From Alkalispirochaeta sp. (GTDB lineage: Bacteria; Spirochaetota; Spirochaetia; DSM-27196; Alkalispirochaetaceae), in assembly GCA_965601925.1 (NCBI GenBank), contig OZ271854.1:416001-480000 (forward strand): DNA of 64,000 nucleotides, read 5' to 3'. The position numbers were made by a program, and so were the translations under genes. This document shows positions 21,114 to 30,898 of the stretch, piece by piece (positions within the stretch are counted from its first letter, which is position 1; each line of letters begins with the position of its first letter). The notes beneath the pieces were generated by a model. That model ran no database searches, was not told where the DNA came from, and saw nothing but the letters and a program-made list of their open reading frames with translations.

Positions 21114-22499
21114 ATGAACTCTACCGCAGCACCGCTCCTTGGAGTCGATATCGGCACAACTTCGATATCTATCGTCGTTGTCGATTCTGCCAGTGGTCGC
21201 AATCTCTCGAAATACACCGAAAACCACAACGCCCGACTCCCGTCAGACGAGCCGGGATCGTACATACAAAACCCGGATATTCTCGCCACGACGGCGCTTC
21301 GGCTCATCTCTCGCGTACGAGAACAATACCCCAACATCGCCGCATTGGGTATCACGGGACAGATGCACGGAATTATCATTCTCGACGAAGCCGGGCGCGC
21401 GATCAGCCCCGCATATACGTGGCTGGACCGCCGCCTCGCGTGGCGTAGCCCCGATGGACGACCATTTCAGGCGCTGATGAAGGCCGAGTTGGGCTACGAT
21501 GTGCCGGTAGGATACGGCGTGGGTACACTGTTCGCGTTGCAGCGCCTCGGTGCGATACCCCCGGGAGCGCGATATGTTGCCGGCGTCCCCGATTACGTAG
21601 CGATGCGGCTGATCGACGGGAAGGGCCCGATAACGGCCCCGGGCCTCGCGCATAGCATGGGTTGCTACTCACTCCGGGAGGCACGCTTTCACTCCGATCT
21701 GTGGCGCCGCACAAGCTCACTCGCTCCCCCGGAAGTCCGCAATGCGACGGAGGTTATCGGCGAAACGTCCGACGGTATCCCCGTCGTCGCGCCGGATGGG
21801 GACAACCAGGCGAGCTTCATCGCCGGCATTCGCGATCCCGACCGCGCCATCTCGATCAACATCGGAACGAGCGGACAAGTCAGCGTGCACGTCCCTTCAA
21901 CATCGACCGACTCTGAGAACGACGGCTCTATGGAGCGGCGCCCCTATCCGGGAGGCGGGACGCTCGCAGTGGGGGCGACTCTCAGCGGCGGCAAATCGTT
22001 CGAGGTGCTCACCTCTCTGATCGGGGATATCATGAAGCGCATCGACGCCGGGAAGTACGACCCGTACCGTCTGTTGGCCGATCTGCCGCGGCCGGTGGAG
22101 GGAACGGCGCTGCAGGTGGACACCCGATTCACCGGCACGCGCACCGATCCGTCGACGCGTGGCGCAATAACGCGACTGGGGACGGATAATATGACCCTCC
22201 CCCACCTTTACTGGGGTATCGCCGACGGCGTCGTCACCGAGCTTGTACAGTTGCTTGCGGATCATCGTCGAATCCTGGACGCGTCGGGGAGTTACATCGG
22301 AATCTCGGGCAATGCAATCAACCGCAGTGCGGCGATCCGCACGATCCTCGCGGAAAAACTCGCGCGACCGCTACGCCGCCCGGTAGACGTCGAGGCGTCC
22401 GCCAGGGGTGCGGCAATGCTCGCGGCGGCGACTCTGGAAGGGGGGGCCGCCGCACTCCCTGCGATCCAGTCGCGGATGATACGCTACGTGGAAGAGTGA
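21114..22499 (+). CDS. FGGY-family carbohydrate kinase (sedoheptulokinase-like)
   Basis: LGVDIGTTS, ITGQMHG, GDNQAS, NIGTSGQ, FTGTRTDP. Confidence 0.85.
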   Translation: MNSTAAPLLGVDIGTTSISIVVVDSASGRNLSKYTENHNARLPSDEPGSYIQNPDILATTALRLISRVREQYPNIAALGITGQMHGIIILDEAGRAISPAYTWLDRRLAWRSPDGRPFQALMKAELGYDVPVGYGVGTLFALQRLGAIPPGARYVAGVPDYVAMRLIDGKGPITAPGLAHSMGCYSLREARFHSDLWRRTSSLAPPEVRNATEVIGETSDGIPVVAPDGDNQASFIAGIRDPDRAISINIGTSGQVSVHVPSTSTDSENDGSMERRPYPGGGTLAVGATLSGGKSFEVLTSLIGDIMKRIDAGKYDPYRLLADLPRPVEGTALQVDTRFTGTRTDPSTRGAITRLGTDNMTLPHLYWGIADGVVTELVQLLADHRRILDASGSYIGISGNAINRSAAIRTILAEKLARPLRRPVDVEASARGAAMLAAATLEGGAAALPAIQSRMIRYVEE

Positions 22500-22514
22500 C
22501 GCATCGCGTTGGGA

Positions 22515-23360
22515 TCAACCCAGCCCGTACTCGCGTGCCTTGGCGGTGAGAAAGGCGACGCCGTCACGAATCAACGCCTCGGGATCCTTGACGATGTCGC
22601 GCCACATACACGTTGCGCGGGCGATGTCGGGATTGAGCCGTACAAAGGACTCCATGACCAACGCTCCGGTGAAATCGATCTCCTTCAGTCCGGCGAAGAC
22701 GTCGTCCCAGTCGACGGTACCGGTGCCGGGCGTGCCGCGATGACTCTCGGAGAGATGGATGTAACCCATACGCGCCCCGGCGAGTCGAATCGCGTCGCTG
22801 TACGACTCCTCCTCGATATTGAGATGGTACGTATCGAGGTGAATGAACACGGATGGCGAATCGATGCGGTCGAGAAGCTCGCTCGCCTGCCGGGCGGTAT
22901 TCACGAGAAAGGTTTCATAGCGGTTGACCGGCTCGATCCCGAGCCGTATCCCCCGCGGCTCGGCATACTGGGCCACGCGGGAGAGTACATCGGCGATCAC
23001 CCGATAGTCGTCCTCGGAGGGCGGTCGACCCGGTAACGCTCCCAACGTCCCGTAGATGACGCCGGTGAGCGTCTTACCGCCGGCCTCTTCGACGGCGTCG
23101 ACCGCCGTACGCAGAAACCGCTCCGCCTTTTCGGGCTTATCGGGCAGACTCGCCTCAACCGGCAGGCCGAGCGAATAGGTCGCATAAATGCCGTGCTCAT
23201 CGAGGAGTCGCTTGGTCCCGTGTGCGTTGAGGCGATCGGGGTGGAGAAGCGGAATCTCTACAAAATCGAGCCCGATGCGCGCGGCCTCGGAAATGACCCG
23301 TCTACCGGTCGTTTCGTTCCATTCTCCTTCCCATACAAAGGCGTGTGCTCCAAACTCCAT
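22515..23360 (-). CDS. ketose 3-epimerase family sugar epimerase (psicose/tagatose 3-epimerase-like)
   Basis: EPVNRYET, HLDTYH, HLSESHRG, MESF metal-ligand motifs. Confidence 0.88.
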   Translation of the reverse strand: MEFGAHAFVWEGEWNETTGRRVISEAARIGLDFVEIPLLHPDRLNAHGTKRLLDEHGIYATYSLGLPVEASLPDKPEKAERFLRTAVDAVEEAGGKTLTGVIYGTLGALPGRPPSEDDYRVIADVLSRVAQYAEPRGIRLGIEPVNRYETFLVNTARQASELLDRIDSPSVFIHLDTYHLNIEEESYSDAIRLAGARMGYIHLSESHRGTPGTGTVDWDDVFAGLKEIDFTGALVMESFVRLNPDIARATCMWRDIVKDPEALIRDGVAFLTAKAREYGLG

Positions 23361-23411
23361 ATCGTACTCCTTTACCGTGATTCGCCCGATACCGGGTCTC
23401 GCTCGCCCGAC

Positions 23412-24446
23412 CTATACATAGGTCTCGTGGCGCCGTTTTTCGCGTTGCTCCGATCGCCGACGTTGAACGAACCGGTACGCAATGACACCCGTCAGCATAA
23501 CACCCCACAACGCCACCGTGGCAAACGAACGCACTCCCAAGAGGTTGAGACCGCTGGTTGCCATTTGGAGAATCACCAAAGCCATCACCAGCCCCGAAAC
23601 CTTGCCGAATCCGCCGAACGGATCGGTGCCGCCGAGCATACAGATAAGCACCGTCGAGAGGAGCAACGACGAGCCTTGGCGCGCGTTGGCCGAGTTGAAA
23701 CGCGCCAGCATGACGATCGCGGCTACGCCGGCCAACACCCCGGAGAGTATATAGGTACGCATGAGGACTGCGCGGACATCTACGCCCGAGAACGCGGTCG
23801 CCGTCGGATTGGATCCGACGAAATAGAGGTGCACGCCGTACGGCCGACGCCTGAGGAGCACCGCGACGAGTACGGCCACAACCGCAAATATCCACATTTG
23901 AATCGGAATGCCGATAACCGACAGATTTCCGAGGACGAGAAACTGCGAAGGAAGGCCGGAAATGACGAATCCCCGCGTAATGGAGAGCGTAACACCCTCG
24001 TAGAGAATCATCGTTCCCAACGTCGTCAGTACCGCCGGCACCTCCACATACCCGATGAGGTACCCATTGACGGCACCGAGAGCGGCCGAGGTCGCAAGCC
24101 CGACTACCACCGCCACGCCGACCATCATCCACATGACGAGCCCGGTCGTCTCCGCCGGCACCACACGCGTCAAAAAGAGTGCCATGACCACCGCGCTCAG
24201 GTTGGCGGAACTGATGATCGAGAGGTTGATCCCCGCGGTAATCATCGCGACCATCATGGCGAGTGCCAAGAGTCCCAACTCCGGCATTTGCGTCAAAAGA
24301 TTGGAGAGGTTGACCGGCCGTACGAAACGCCCTCGCGTCGCGATCGTCATAACGGCGACAACAACGACGATCAACCACGGCAGCGCGGCGATGTCGTTAT
24401 TCCGCTCGCTCCACCGCCGATACGCGCGTACAAAATCAGCGAACAT
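23412..24446 (-). CDS. monosaccharide ABC transporter permease
   Basis: GINLS, GSNPTATAFSG, LGGTDPFGGFG (RbsC-like). Confidence 0.9.
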   Translation of the reverse strand: MFADFVRAYRRWSERNNDIAALPWLIVVVVAVMTIATRGRFVRPVNLSNLLTQMPELGLLALAMMVAMITAGINLSIISSANLSAVVMALFLTRVVPAETTGLVMWMMVGVAVVVGLATSAALGAVNGYLIGYVEVPAVLTTLGTMILYEGVTLSITRGFVISGLPSQFLVLGNLSVIGIPIQMWIFAVVAVLVAVLLRRRPYGVHLYFVGSNPTATAFSGVDVRAVLMRTYILSGVLAGVAAIVMLARFNSANARQGSSLLLSTVLICMLGGTDPFGGFGKVSGLVMALVILQMATSGLNLLGVRSFATVALWGVMLTGVIAYRFVQRRRSEQREKRRHETYV

Positions 24447-25452
24447 CGATCGTCCGTTCCTTTCGTTTTGCCAACACCGTCTTGAACGACGTAACACTGA
24501 TGCTTCCCAGCACCACCGCTCCGATAATCACCTGGTGCCAATACGCCGGGACCCTGAGAATCGTCAACGCGTTGGTGATCACGGTAATCAATGCAACGCC
24601 CAGAAGCGTGCCTCCGATCGTCCCGGCGCCACCGAAGATATCGGCCCCTCCCAAGACGACCGCGGCAACCACATCGAACTCACGACCTACCAGTGCGTTG
24701 GGTGCGACGGTCTGGGTGTTGAGCGCCTGAACGAGTCCCGCTACACCGGCCGAGAACCCGAGAAAGGCGTATGCAAATAATCTGAGACCGAAGATGTCCA
24801 GGCCGGCTCGACGCGCCGCCTCGAGATTCCCGCCGAGGGCGTACAACCGTCGTCCGAGTTTGGTATAGCGCAGGATAAATACGCCGACGCACGCCATAAA
24901 AAACCAGATAAGGGTAATGTAGGCCATGCCGTACGACGCACCGTTTTCATCGACCAATGAAAAGATAAATCCTCGCCCCACCGCGCCGAACCAACGGGGA
25001 AAGTCGTAAATCCACGTCCCTCCGGAGAGAATCTGCAGGACGCCGTAATAAATATTGAGATTTGATATGGCGATGATGATCGACGGCGCGTTGAGCCAGT
25101 GGATCAATGCCGCATTGATTCCTCCCAGGAGCGTTCCGACGACCAGGGGCACGAGAATCGCAACGACCACCGGCGTCTCGGGATTGGAGGCGAGCATGAG
25201 TGCCATCACATACTGGGCGACCGTTGCGGTGGCGGTAAACGAGATATCGAGTCCTCCGGCAATGAGCACGAAGAGGAATCCCACGGAGAGAATACCGGTA
25301 AAGGCCGCGCTCCTGAGGATCTGAAACCCGTTGCGTCCCGTGAAAAAGCGCGGATTGACGAGGGATACGACGGTGACTACCCCGACGAGAATCAACAGGA
25401 GGTAGGTTTCATTGCGGGAAAAGACGCGGGTAGTAAGGCCGTTGTGTCGCAT
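24436..25452 (-). CDS. monosaccharide ABC transporter permease
   Basis: GGLDISF, GGNLEAARRAG, VVLGGADIFGG (RbsC-like). Confidence 0.9.
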   Translation of the reverse strand: MRHNGLTTRVFSRNETYLLLILVGVVTVVSLVNPRFFTGRNGFQILRSAAFTGILSVGFLFVLIAGGLDISFTATATVAQYVMALMLASNPETPVVVAILVPLVVGTLLGGINAALIHWLNAPSIIIAISNLNIYYGVLQILSGGTWIYDFPRWFGAVGRGFIFSLVDENGASYGMAYITLIWFFMACVGVFILRYTKLGRRLYALGGNLEAARRAGLDIFGLRLFAYAFLGFSAGVAGLVQALNTQTVAPNALVGREFDVVAAVVLGGADIFGGAGTIGGTLLGVALITVITNALTILRVPAYWHQVIIGAVVLGSISVTSFKTVLAKRKERTIDVR

Positions 25453-25459
25453 AGCTCCT

Positions 25460-26950
25460 CTACGCCAAGTTGAATTGCTCGAGAAGTGCCTCCTCGGCGC
25501 CGGGGCCGGGAGTAATCTCGTCGAGGATGCGTCCCCGATCCATCACCAACACGCGGTGGCAGTTGGCCAGCACCTCGTGAACCTCGTCGGAGATCATGAT
25601 GATACCGATGCCCGTTTCGGCGAGTTGCTTCACGATCTTGTGGACGCCGTTTTTGGCCACTACATCGATGCCCACCGTCGGCTCATCGAGGATGAGCACC
25701 TTCGGCCGCGTGGCGAGCCACTTGGAGAGCACGACCTTCTGCTGGTTCCCACCCGAGAGCGTCTCGACCGGAGAGTCGAGGTCGGGAATCTTGATCGCGA
25801 GTTTGTCGACCCAATGTCCGGCGAGGGAGACCGTGCGACCGCGATCGAGAAGTCCGAGGGCGTTCAGGAGCTCATCGAGAACCGAGACGGTCACGTTGGA
25901 CAAGATCGGCTGCGCCATCACGAGTCCCTGGGTGAGCCGATTCTCGGGAACGTAGGCGATACCGGCGCGTGTCGCCGCTCCGTTACTGTCGAGTTCGAGC
26001 GCCTCGCCGGCGAGATAGACCGCCCCCGAATCGGGCGGATTCATACCGAAGAGCGTCAGCGCGAGTTCGGTACGCCCGGAGCCGAGTCTGCCGGTGATGC
26101 CGAGGATTTCACCCTCGCGCAGGGTGAGCGATACATCGCGGTAGTTGCTCCTCTTGGTGAGCGCCTCCACCCGCATGAGCTCGCCGGCGCCGTCGGCAAC
26201 CGGTGCCGGCGGTTGCGTTACGACCTCCTGACCGGTCATAAGGTGGATCAGCTTCTTTTGATTCAACTCAGCGGGTCGGTACGTGCCGACCGAGCGTCCG
26301 TCCCGAAAAACCGTTACCCGCTCGGCGATTTCGAAGATCTCGTTGAGTTTATGACTCACAAAAAGTGTGGCGATGCCGCGCGACTTGAGGAGCATAATCG
26401 TCGCAAACAACCGATCGACCTCCTGCCGGGTGAGCGAGGCGGTCGGCTCGTCGAGTATCAGTAACTTCAGATCACCCACGATCGAACGCGCGATCTCGAC
26501 TTGCTGCTGCTCGGCGATAGAAAGAGACGCAACGAGACGATCGAGATCGAGCTCCAGACCGATCATGCCCATAGCTTCGCGGGCGCGCGAGCGAATCGCC
26601 TTCCAACTGACCAGCGGGCCGGGGGTGTCGCCGTACAGCCCGAAGGCGATATTCTCCCGCACCGTCAGATTGGGAAAGAGCGCCAGATCCTGGTAGATGA
26701 CGCGCACGCCGTGGTCGATCGCCTCACGGGCGGAAACGGACGTCGTCTCGCGCCCGTCGATCACGATGCGAGAGCCGGGCTCGGGTCGAACCACCCCGGA
26801 GATGATCTTTATCAGAGTCGATTTGCCCGAGCCGTTCTCGCCGACGAGACAGTGGATTTCACCCCGCTCGAGGGCGAAATCCACGCCGTCGAGGGCGCGG
26901 ACACCGGGATAGAGTTTGGTGATGTTCGTACACTCGATGAAGCTGCCCAT
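25460..26950 (-). CDS. monosaccharide ABC transporter ATPase (RbsA-like, two NBDs)
   Basis: GENGSGKST, LDEPT twice, LSGGNQQKV. Confidence 0.94.
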   Translation of the reverse strand: MGSFIECTNITKLYPGVRALDGVDFALERGEIHCLVGENGSGKSTLIKIISGVVRPEPGSRIVIDGRETTSVSAREAIDHGVRVIYQDLALFPNLTVRENIAFGLYGDTPGPLVSWKAIRSRAREAMGMIGLELDLDRLVASLSIAEQQQVEIARSIVGDLKLLILDEPTASLTRQEVDRLFATIMLLKSRGIATLFVSHKLNEIFEIAERVTVFRDGRSVGTYRPAELNQKKLIHLMTGQEVVTQPPAPVADGAGELMRVEALTKRSNYRDVSLTLREGEILGITGRLGSGRTELALTLFGMNPPDSGAVYLAGEALELDSNGAATRAGIAYVPENRLTQGLVMAQPILSNVTVSVLDELLNALGLLDRGRTVSLAGHWVDKLAIKIPDLDSPVETLSGGNQQKVVLSKWLATRPKVLILDEPTVGIDVVAKNGVHKIVKQLAETGIGIIMISDEVHEVLANCHRVLVMDRGRILDEITPGPGAEEALLEQFNLA

Positions 26951-26986
26951 CAAATCTCCCGTCCCGGGACCGCAAAACTCGGCCGA

Positions 26987-27973
26987 CTAAAAACCGAAGG
27001 CGTCGGCGTTCTCGGCGGTGACCTCCGCCGGCGCGTGAAAGGTGACGACCGTACCGTCGATCGCCGGCTCTCCGTACTCGGGGAGACTACCGATACCGTC
27101 GAAGCTCCCACCGGTCAGAAAATGGCGGACCAAATGCGCCGAGTCGCGACCGATTCGGTAAGGATTGCTGATGTAGTTCGCGTTGATCGATCCCTCTTCC
27201 AGATACGACTTGGCCTGACTCGGAACCGATCCTCCGACGATCGCGATATCGTCGCGGTTGAGCGACGTAATCGCCTGAGCGCCGCCGATTGCGCCGAGAC
27301 TCCCGATATACATGACGCCGACGAGGTCGTCGTAGGCGGCAATCAGCTCCAAGGTTCGATCCTGAGCCTCCTCGACGCTCTCCGAACCCTCCAGACGGCT
27401 GGTGACTTGGTACAATCCGGGATAGGTCGCCTCCTGATGGGCGACGGCCATGTCGGCGCGCTGGTTGTGTGACTCAACGGTGAGCCCGCCTACCATGATG
27501 GCGTATCCGCCCTCCGTGCCAGCTTCGCGCACGAACAGATCCATCATGTCCGAACCGTAACGCTCGGCAATGAGAAACTCGATATCGAGGTCGGCATTTT
27601 GCACGCCCGGCGCTTCCTGGGTAACCATCAGGATGCCGGCATCACGCCCGCGGGCGAGAATCGGTTCGAGCACTTGTGTATCGTTGGGCACGACCACGAT
27701 CGCATCGGGTTCCTGTGCGATCGCGTCCTCCAAGATACGCGCCTGAGCGGCGGGATCGGTGTCCGGAGCGCCGACCACGGTGATATCGAGATCGCCGATC
27801 TCTTCGGCGTAGTCCTCAAATCCGTTTTCCATCGCGGTAAACCACGGAATACCGACCAGTTTGGGAATAAAAACGATCTCGTACACACCGTCGTCTTCCG
27901 CGGCGCCTCCGGCGAACACAGCCGCTCCGACCAAGATCGAAAACATCAAAAGGAACATCGCGAATCGTCTCAT
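26987..27973 (-). CDS. monosaccharide ABC substrate-binding protein (LsrB/RhaS-like)
   Basis: Signal peptide, PKLVGIPWF, VVPND motifs. Confidence 0.88.
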   Translation of the reverse strand: MRRFAMFLLMFSILVGAAVFAGGAAEDDGVYEIVFIPKLVGIPWFTAMENGFEDYAEEIGDLDITVVGAPDTDPAAQARILEDAIAQEPDAIVVVPNDTQVLEPILARGRDAGILMVTQEAPGVQNADLDIEFLIAERYGSDMMDLFVREAGTEGGYAIMVGGLTVESHNQRADMAVAHQEATYPGLYQVTSRLEGSESVEEAQDRTLELIAAYDDLVGVMYIGSLGAIGGAQAITSLNRDDIAIVGGSVPSQAKSYLEEGSINANYISNPYRIGRDSAHLVRHFLTGGSFDGIGSLPEYGEPAIDGTVVTFHAPAEVTAENADAFGF

Positions 27974-28167
27974 GGAACTACCTCCTCCTATATTGGCCTA
28001 CACCCAGGATACACCGTAGCAGAAATACGTCAAGGCCAATTAGCATATAATTATACCTCCAATTACTATACCAATTTTGCAAATGGTAATGTATTATTCC
28101 CGCCTATTCCTCTATACGCGACGTTGACACGCACGACTCGACGCGATACGCTCAGATTAACATTCAT

Positions 28168-28262
28168 ATATGGGGAGTTCGGACCCTTTCCGGACTGAGA
28201 GGAGAGTAGAATGGGCTCTCGACCCTTTGACCTGATCCGGATAATGCCGGCGTAGGGAAGTC
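28168..28262 (+). promoter_or_regulatory. TPP riboswitch
   Basis: GGGGAG...CTGAGA...GACCCTTTGACCTGATCCGGATAATGCCGGCGTAGGGAAG consensus upstream of ykoF-like gene. Confidence 0.95.
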
Positions 28263-28301
28263 GATACGGTCTCGGTACGAGGTCGTAGACCACGCAAAGC
28301 C

Positions 28302-28330
28302 GGCCGCCATTATGGCGGTCTTTTTTGTTT
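28302..28330 (+). terminator. intrinsic terminator in the riboswitch expression platform
   Basis: GGCCGCCA-tta-TGGCGGTC followed by TTTTTTGTTT. Confidence 0.8.
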
Positions 28331-28366
28331 CAGCCCATCCACCTCCTTCCCCGCGAGGAGGCTTTT

Positions 28367-28978
28367 ATGCGAATCGGCGCGCACATCTCGTTGTATCCCA
28401 TGACCGATCGGTTCGTGGAGACGATTCTACCGGCGGTACGCGCTATCGGCCGCAGAGACGATCTCGACGTCACGACCGACGACGTGAGTACCTTAATCCT
28501 CGGGGAGGCGGCAGCGGTATTCGCCGCCGCCCGGGACGCCTTTGCTTCGACCGCGGCCGGCGGCGTTCACGTCGTCTTAAATGCGCTCTTTTCCCGCGGA
28601 TGCCCGGGGGACTCTTACTGCGCCGCGCAGTCGCCCGACCGGACCGCGGATGATCCGATGTCGGCCACGGCTCCCTCGACGGCGCCCGATCCACCGACAT
28701 CGGCCGACGGAGACGCCATCGAAGCGGCGGCACAGTTCGCGTTGTATCCACTCGGTCTCGACACCTACATGGACGAGATTTATCGTGCGATCGAGACGAC
28801 ACGCACCGGTGGGGCGAGGAGCACATCCAAGAACTTCTGTACGCGCCTCGACGGCACGGCGAGCGCGATCTTTCGCACTTTGTATCGGTCGTTCGTCGAT
28901 GCGACGGCGACACACGTCGTCGTTCACGCGACCGTTTCGGCCAACAGCCCGAGTACGAGAGGAGCGGCAACTCGATGA
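28367..28978 (+). CDS. ykoF: YkoF-like thiamine/HMP-binding protein
   Basis: Duplicated SLYPM/ALYPL units, SRGCPGD, SANSPS; follows TPP riboswitch. Confidence 0.85.
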   Translation: MRIGAHISLYPMTDRFVETILPAVRAIGRRDDLDVTTDDVSTLILGEAAAVFAAARDAFASTAAGGVHVVLNALFSRGCPGDSYCAAQSPDRTADDPMSATAPSTAPDPPTSADGDAIEAAAQFALYPLGLDTYMDEIYRAIETTRTGGARSTSKNFCTRLDGTASAIFRTLYRSFVDATATHVVVHATVSANSPSTRGAATR

Positions 28979-29571
28979 CTACTCGACAGTCTTCCGCGTC
29001 CGGTTGGACTACAAGGGAAAGCGTGGTGGTGGCCGTATCCTCGGCGGTATTCGGTATGTTGTACCTCGCATGGGTTCAGGTGTGGCTCGTGGCCCAGGGA
29101 CTCATAGGCCCGATCGCTATGGACATCGTGTTCGGCTTCTGGTTTGCGGGCTCCACGTTCAACGCGTACGTGATCCGCAAACCGGGCGTCGCCTTTGCGA
29201 CGGCGATGATCGCCGTTGTAGTGCAGATTCTCTCCGGGAATGCGGCCGGCGCCATCCTATTGCTCACCGGTCTCGTCCAAGGCGCCGGCTCCGAGCTACC
29301 GTTCCTCCTCACCCGATGGAGGCGTTATACGTGGCCCGTCATCGTCGCATCCGCGGCGGCGGCGGCGATCATGAGCTTCGTCTACAACTGGGTTCGCTTT
29401 GACTACGGGAATCTCGACGGCGCGCTCTTGATCGCGATGGGATCGTTCCGCCTCGTAAGCGGCGTCGTGCTGGGAGCGATCGTGCCGCGCCTGTTAGCCG
29501 ACCGGTTGATTCGAACCGGCATCTTTGTGGGCCTTGCAATCGATCCGGCGGCGACCGATGGTGTTGACTGA
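28975..29571 (+). CDS. ykoE: ECF transporter S component (YkoE-like)
   Basis: IRKPGVA, GLVQGAGSEL, hydrophobic. Confidence 0.85.
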   Translation: MTTRQSSASGWTTRESVVVAVSSAVFGMLYLAWVQVWLVAQGLIGPIAMDIVFGFWFAGSTFNAYVIRKPGVAFATAMIAVVVQILSGNAAGAILLLTGLVQGAGSELPFLLTRWRRYTWPVIVASAAAAAIMSFVYNWVRFDYGNLDGALLIAMGSFRLVSGVVLGAIVPRLLADRLIRTGIFVGLAIDPAATDGVD

Positions 29572-30898
29572 TCGACTTACCGTGACCTATCCCCGCCGCG
29601 GCGCCGCGCTACGGGACACCACCATCGCTCTGGAGCCCGGTTCGACGGCGTGGGTGGTCGGCAACAACGGGTCGGGAAAGAGCACGTTGGGTCTCGCCCT
29701 CGCCGGCCTCATACCGGAGATCGTACCGGCAACACGACGCGGGACGGTAGTGATCGGCGGTCGGGATCCCGCCGCACTCTCGACGCGTGGGCGTGCCACG
29801 TCGGTCGGCGTGGTTCGCCAGGACCCGGAGGCCCAAATCTGTACGTCCTCGATACCGAGCGAACTCGCCTTCACGTTGGAGAATCGCGCCGCTCCGGCCG
29901 AGACAATCGCACAATGCGTCGGGCGAACGATGCGGGAGTGGGATCTCGGCCACCTTTCGGACCGCCCGCTACACACGCTGAGCGGCGGGGAAAAGCAGCT
30001 CGTCGCGATTGCGGCGGTCGCCGTCGCGCCGCCGCCGCTGTTCATCGTCGACGAACCCGCCGCCTATCTCGATGAGGAGCACCGAGCACTCGTGTACCGG
30101 TCTCTCGTCGAGTTGCGGAGTCGCCGTCCCGAGATGATCATGCTCATCGTGGAGCACCGCACCGACGGCCTCCCGGAACCGGACGTCGTCTTTCGGTGCG
30201 TCGACGGGCGTGTTGTCGTCGCCGACACTCCCCCACGACGCTGGGGTACCTCGTTTCCTCGTCTATCGTCGCAGCCGTTGCGCGACCGCATCGCGCTCTC
30301 CGTCGAAGGGCTCTCGTTCCGGTGGGAGTCTGTCGACCGCGCCCCTCGGATGCTCTTCCGAGAGTTCGATCTTCGCGTTCGGCACGGTGAGATCGTCGTC
30401 GTCCGTGGACCCAACGGATGCGGCAAGACGACACTCCTCAGACTCATTGCCGGGGCGCTGAACGGAGCGGCGGGACGGATTATCGCCGAGGATATCGCCT
30501 ACGTCCCGCAAAACCCCGAGCACCTATTCGTCTCCTACCGCGTCCGGGATGAACTCATCCAGGGGAGCCGCGGCGACCCGGGGCGGGCGGCGTTCATCGC
30601 CCGGCGGTTCGGTCTCGAGGAGCTGTGGGACGCGAACCCGTACGAGCTCTCAAGCGGCCAACAACGACGCGTGAGCATTGCAATCGCCGCAGCCGGCGGC
30701 GCCTCGTTGGTGTTATTGGATGAGCCGACTTTCGCGTTGGACGAGGAGGGAGTCGTGAGACTCATCGAAACGATGGAGGCGTTGCGGGCCGAGGGATCCG
30801 CCCAACTTGTCGTCACGCACGACCGCCGATTCGCCGAACGGGTGGCTCACCGGTTGGTCACGATCAGGGACGGTCGACCCGTGGAGGAGCGCCCGTGA
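29558..30898 (+). CDS. ykoD: ECF transporter duplicated ATPase (YkoD-like)
   Basis: Two Walker A motifs (GNNGSGKS, GPNGCGKT), QDPE/QNPE Q-loops. Confidence 0.85.
   Translation: MVLTDRLTVTYPRRGAALRDTTIALEPGSTAWVVGNNGSGKSTLGLALAGLIPEIVPATRRGTVVIGGRDPAALSTRGRATSVGVVRQDPEAQICTSSIPSELAFTLENRAAPAETIAQCVGRTMREWDLGHLSDRPLHTLSGGEKQLVAIAAVAVAPPPLFIVDEPAAYLDEEHRALVYRSLVELRSRRPEMIMLIVEHRTDGLPEPDVVFRCVDGRVVVADTPPRRWGTSFPRLSSQPLRDRIALSVEGLSFRWESVDRAPRMLFREFDLRVRHGEIVVVRGPNGCGKTTLLRLIAGALNGAAGRIIAEDIAYVPQNPEHLFVSYRVRDELIQGSRGDPGRAAFIARRFGLEELWDANPYELSSGQQRRVSIAIAAAGGASLVLLDEPTFALDEEGVVRLIETMEALRAEGSAQLVVTHDRRFAERVAHRLVTIRDGRPVEERP

Noticed and set aside
23193..27472. Long plus-strand ORFs opposite the ABC operon, and similar shadows elsewhere
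   Set aside because: Antisense shadows typical of high-GC coding DNA
28285..28305. ACGCAAAGCC resembling a c-di-GMP-I riboswitch core
   Set aside because: The upstream GYAAA/GNRA arm is missing; it lies within the TPP expression platform
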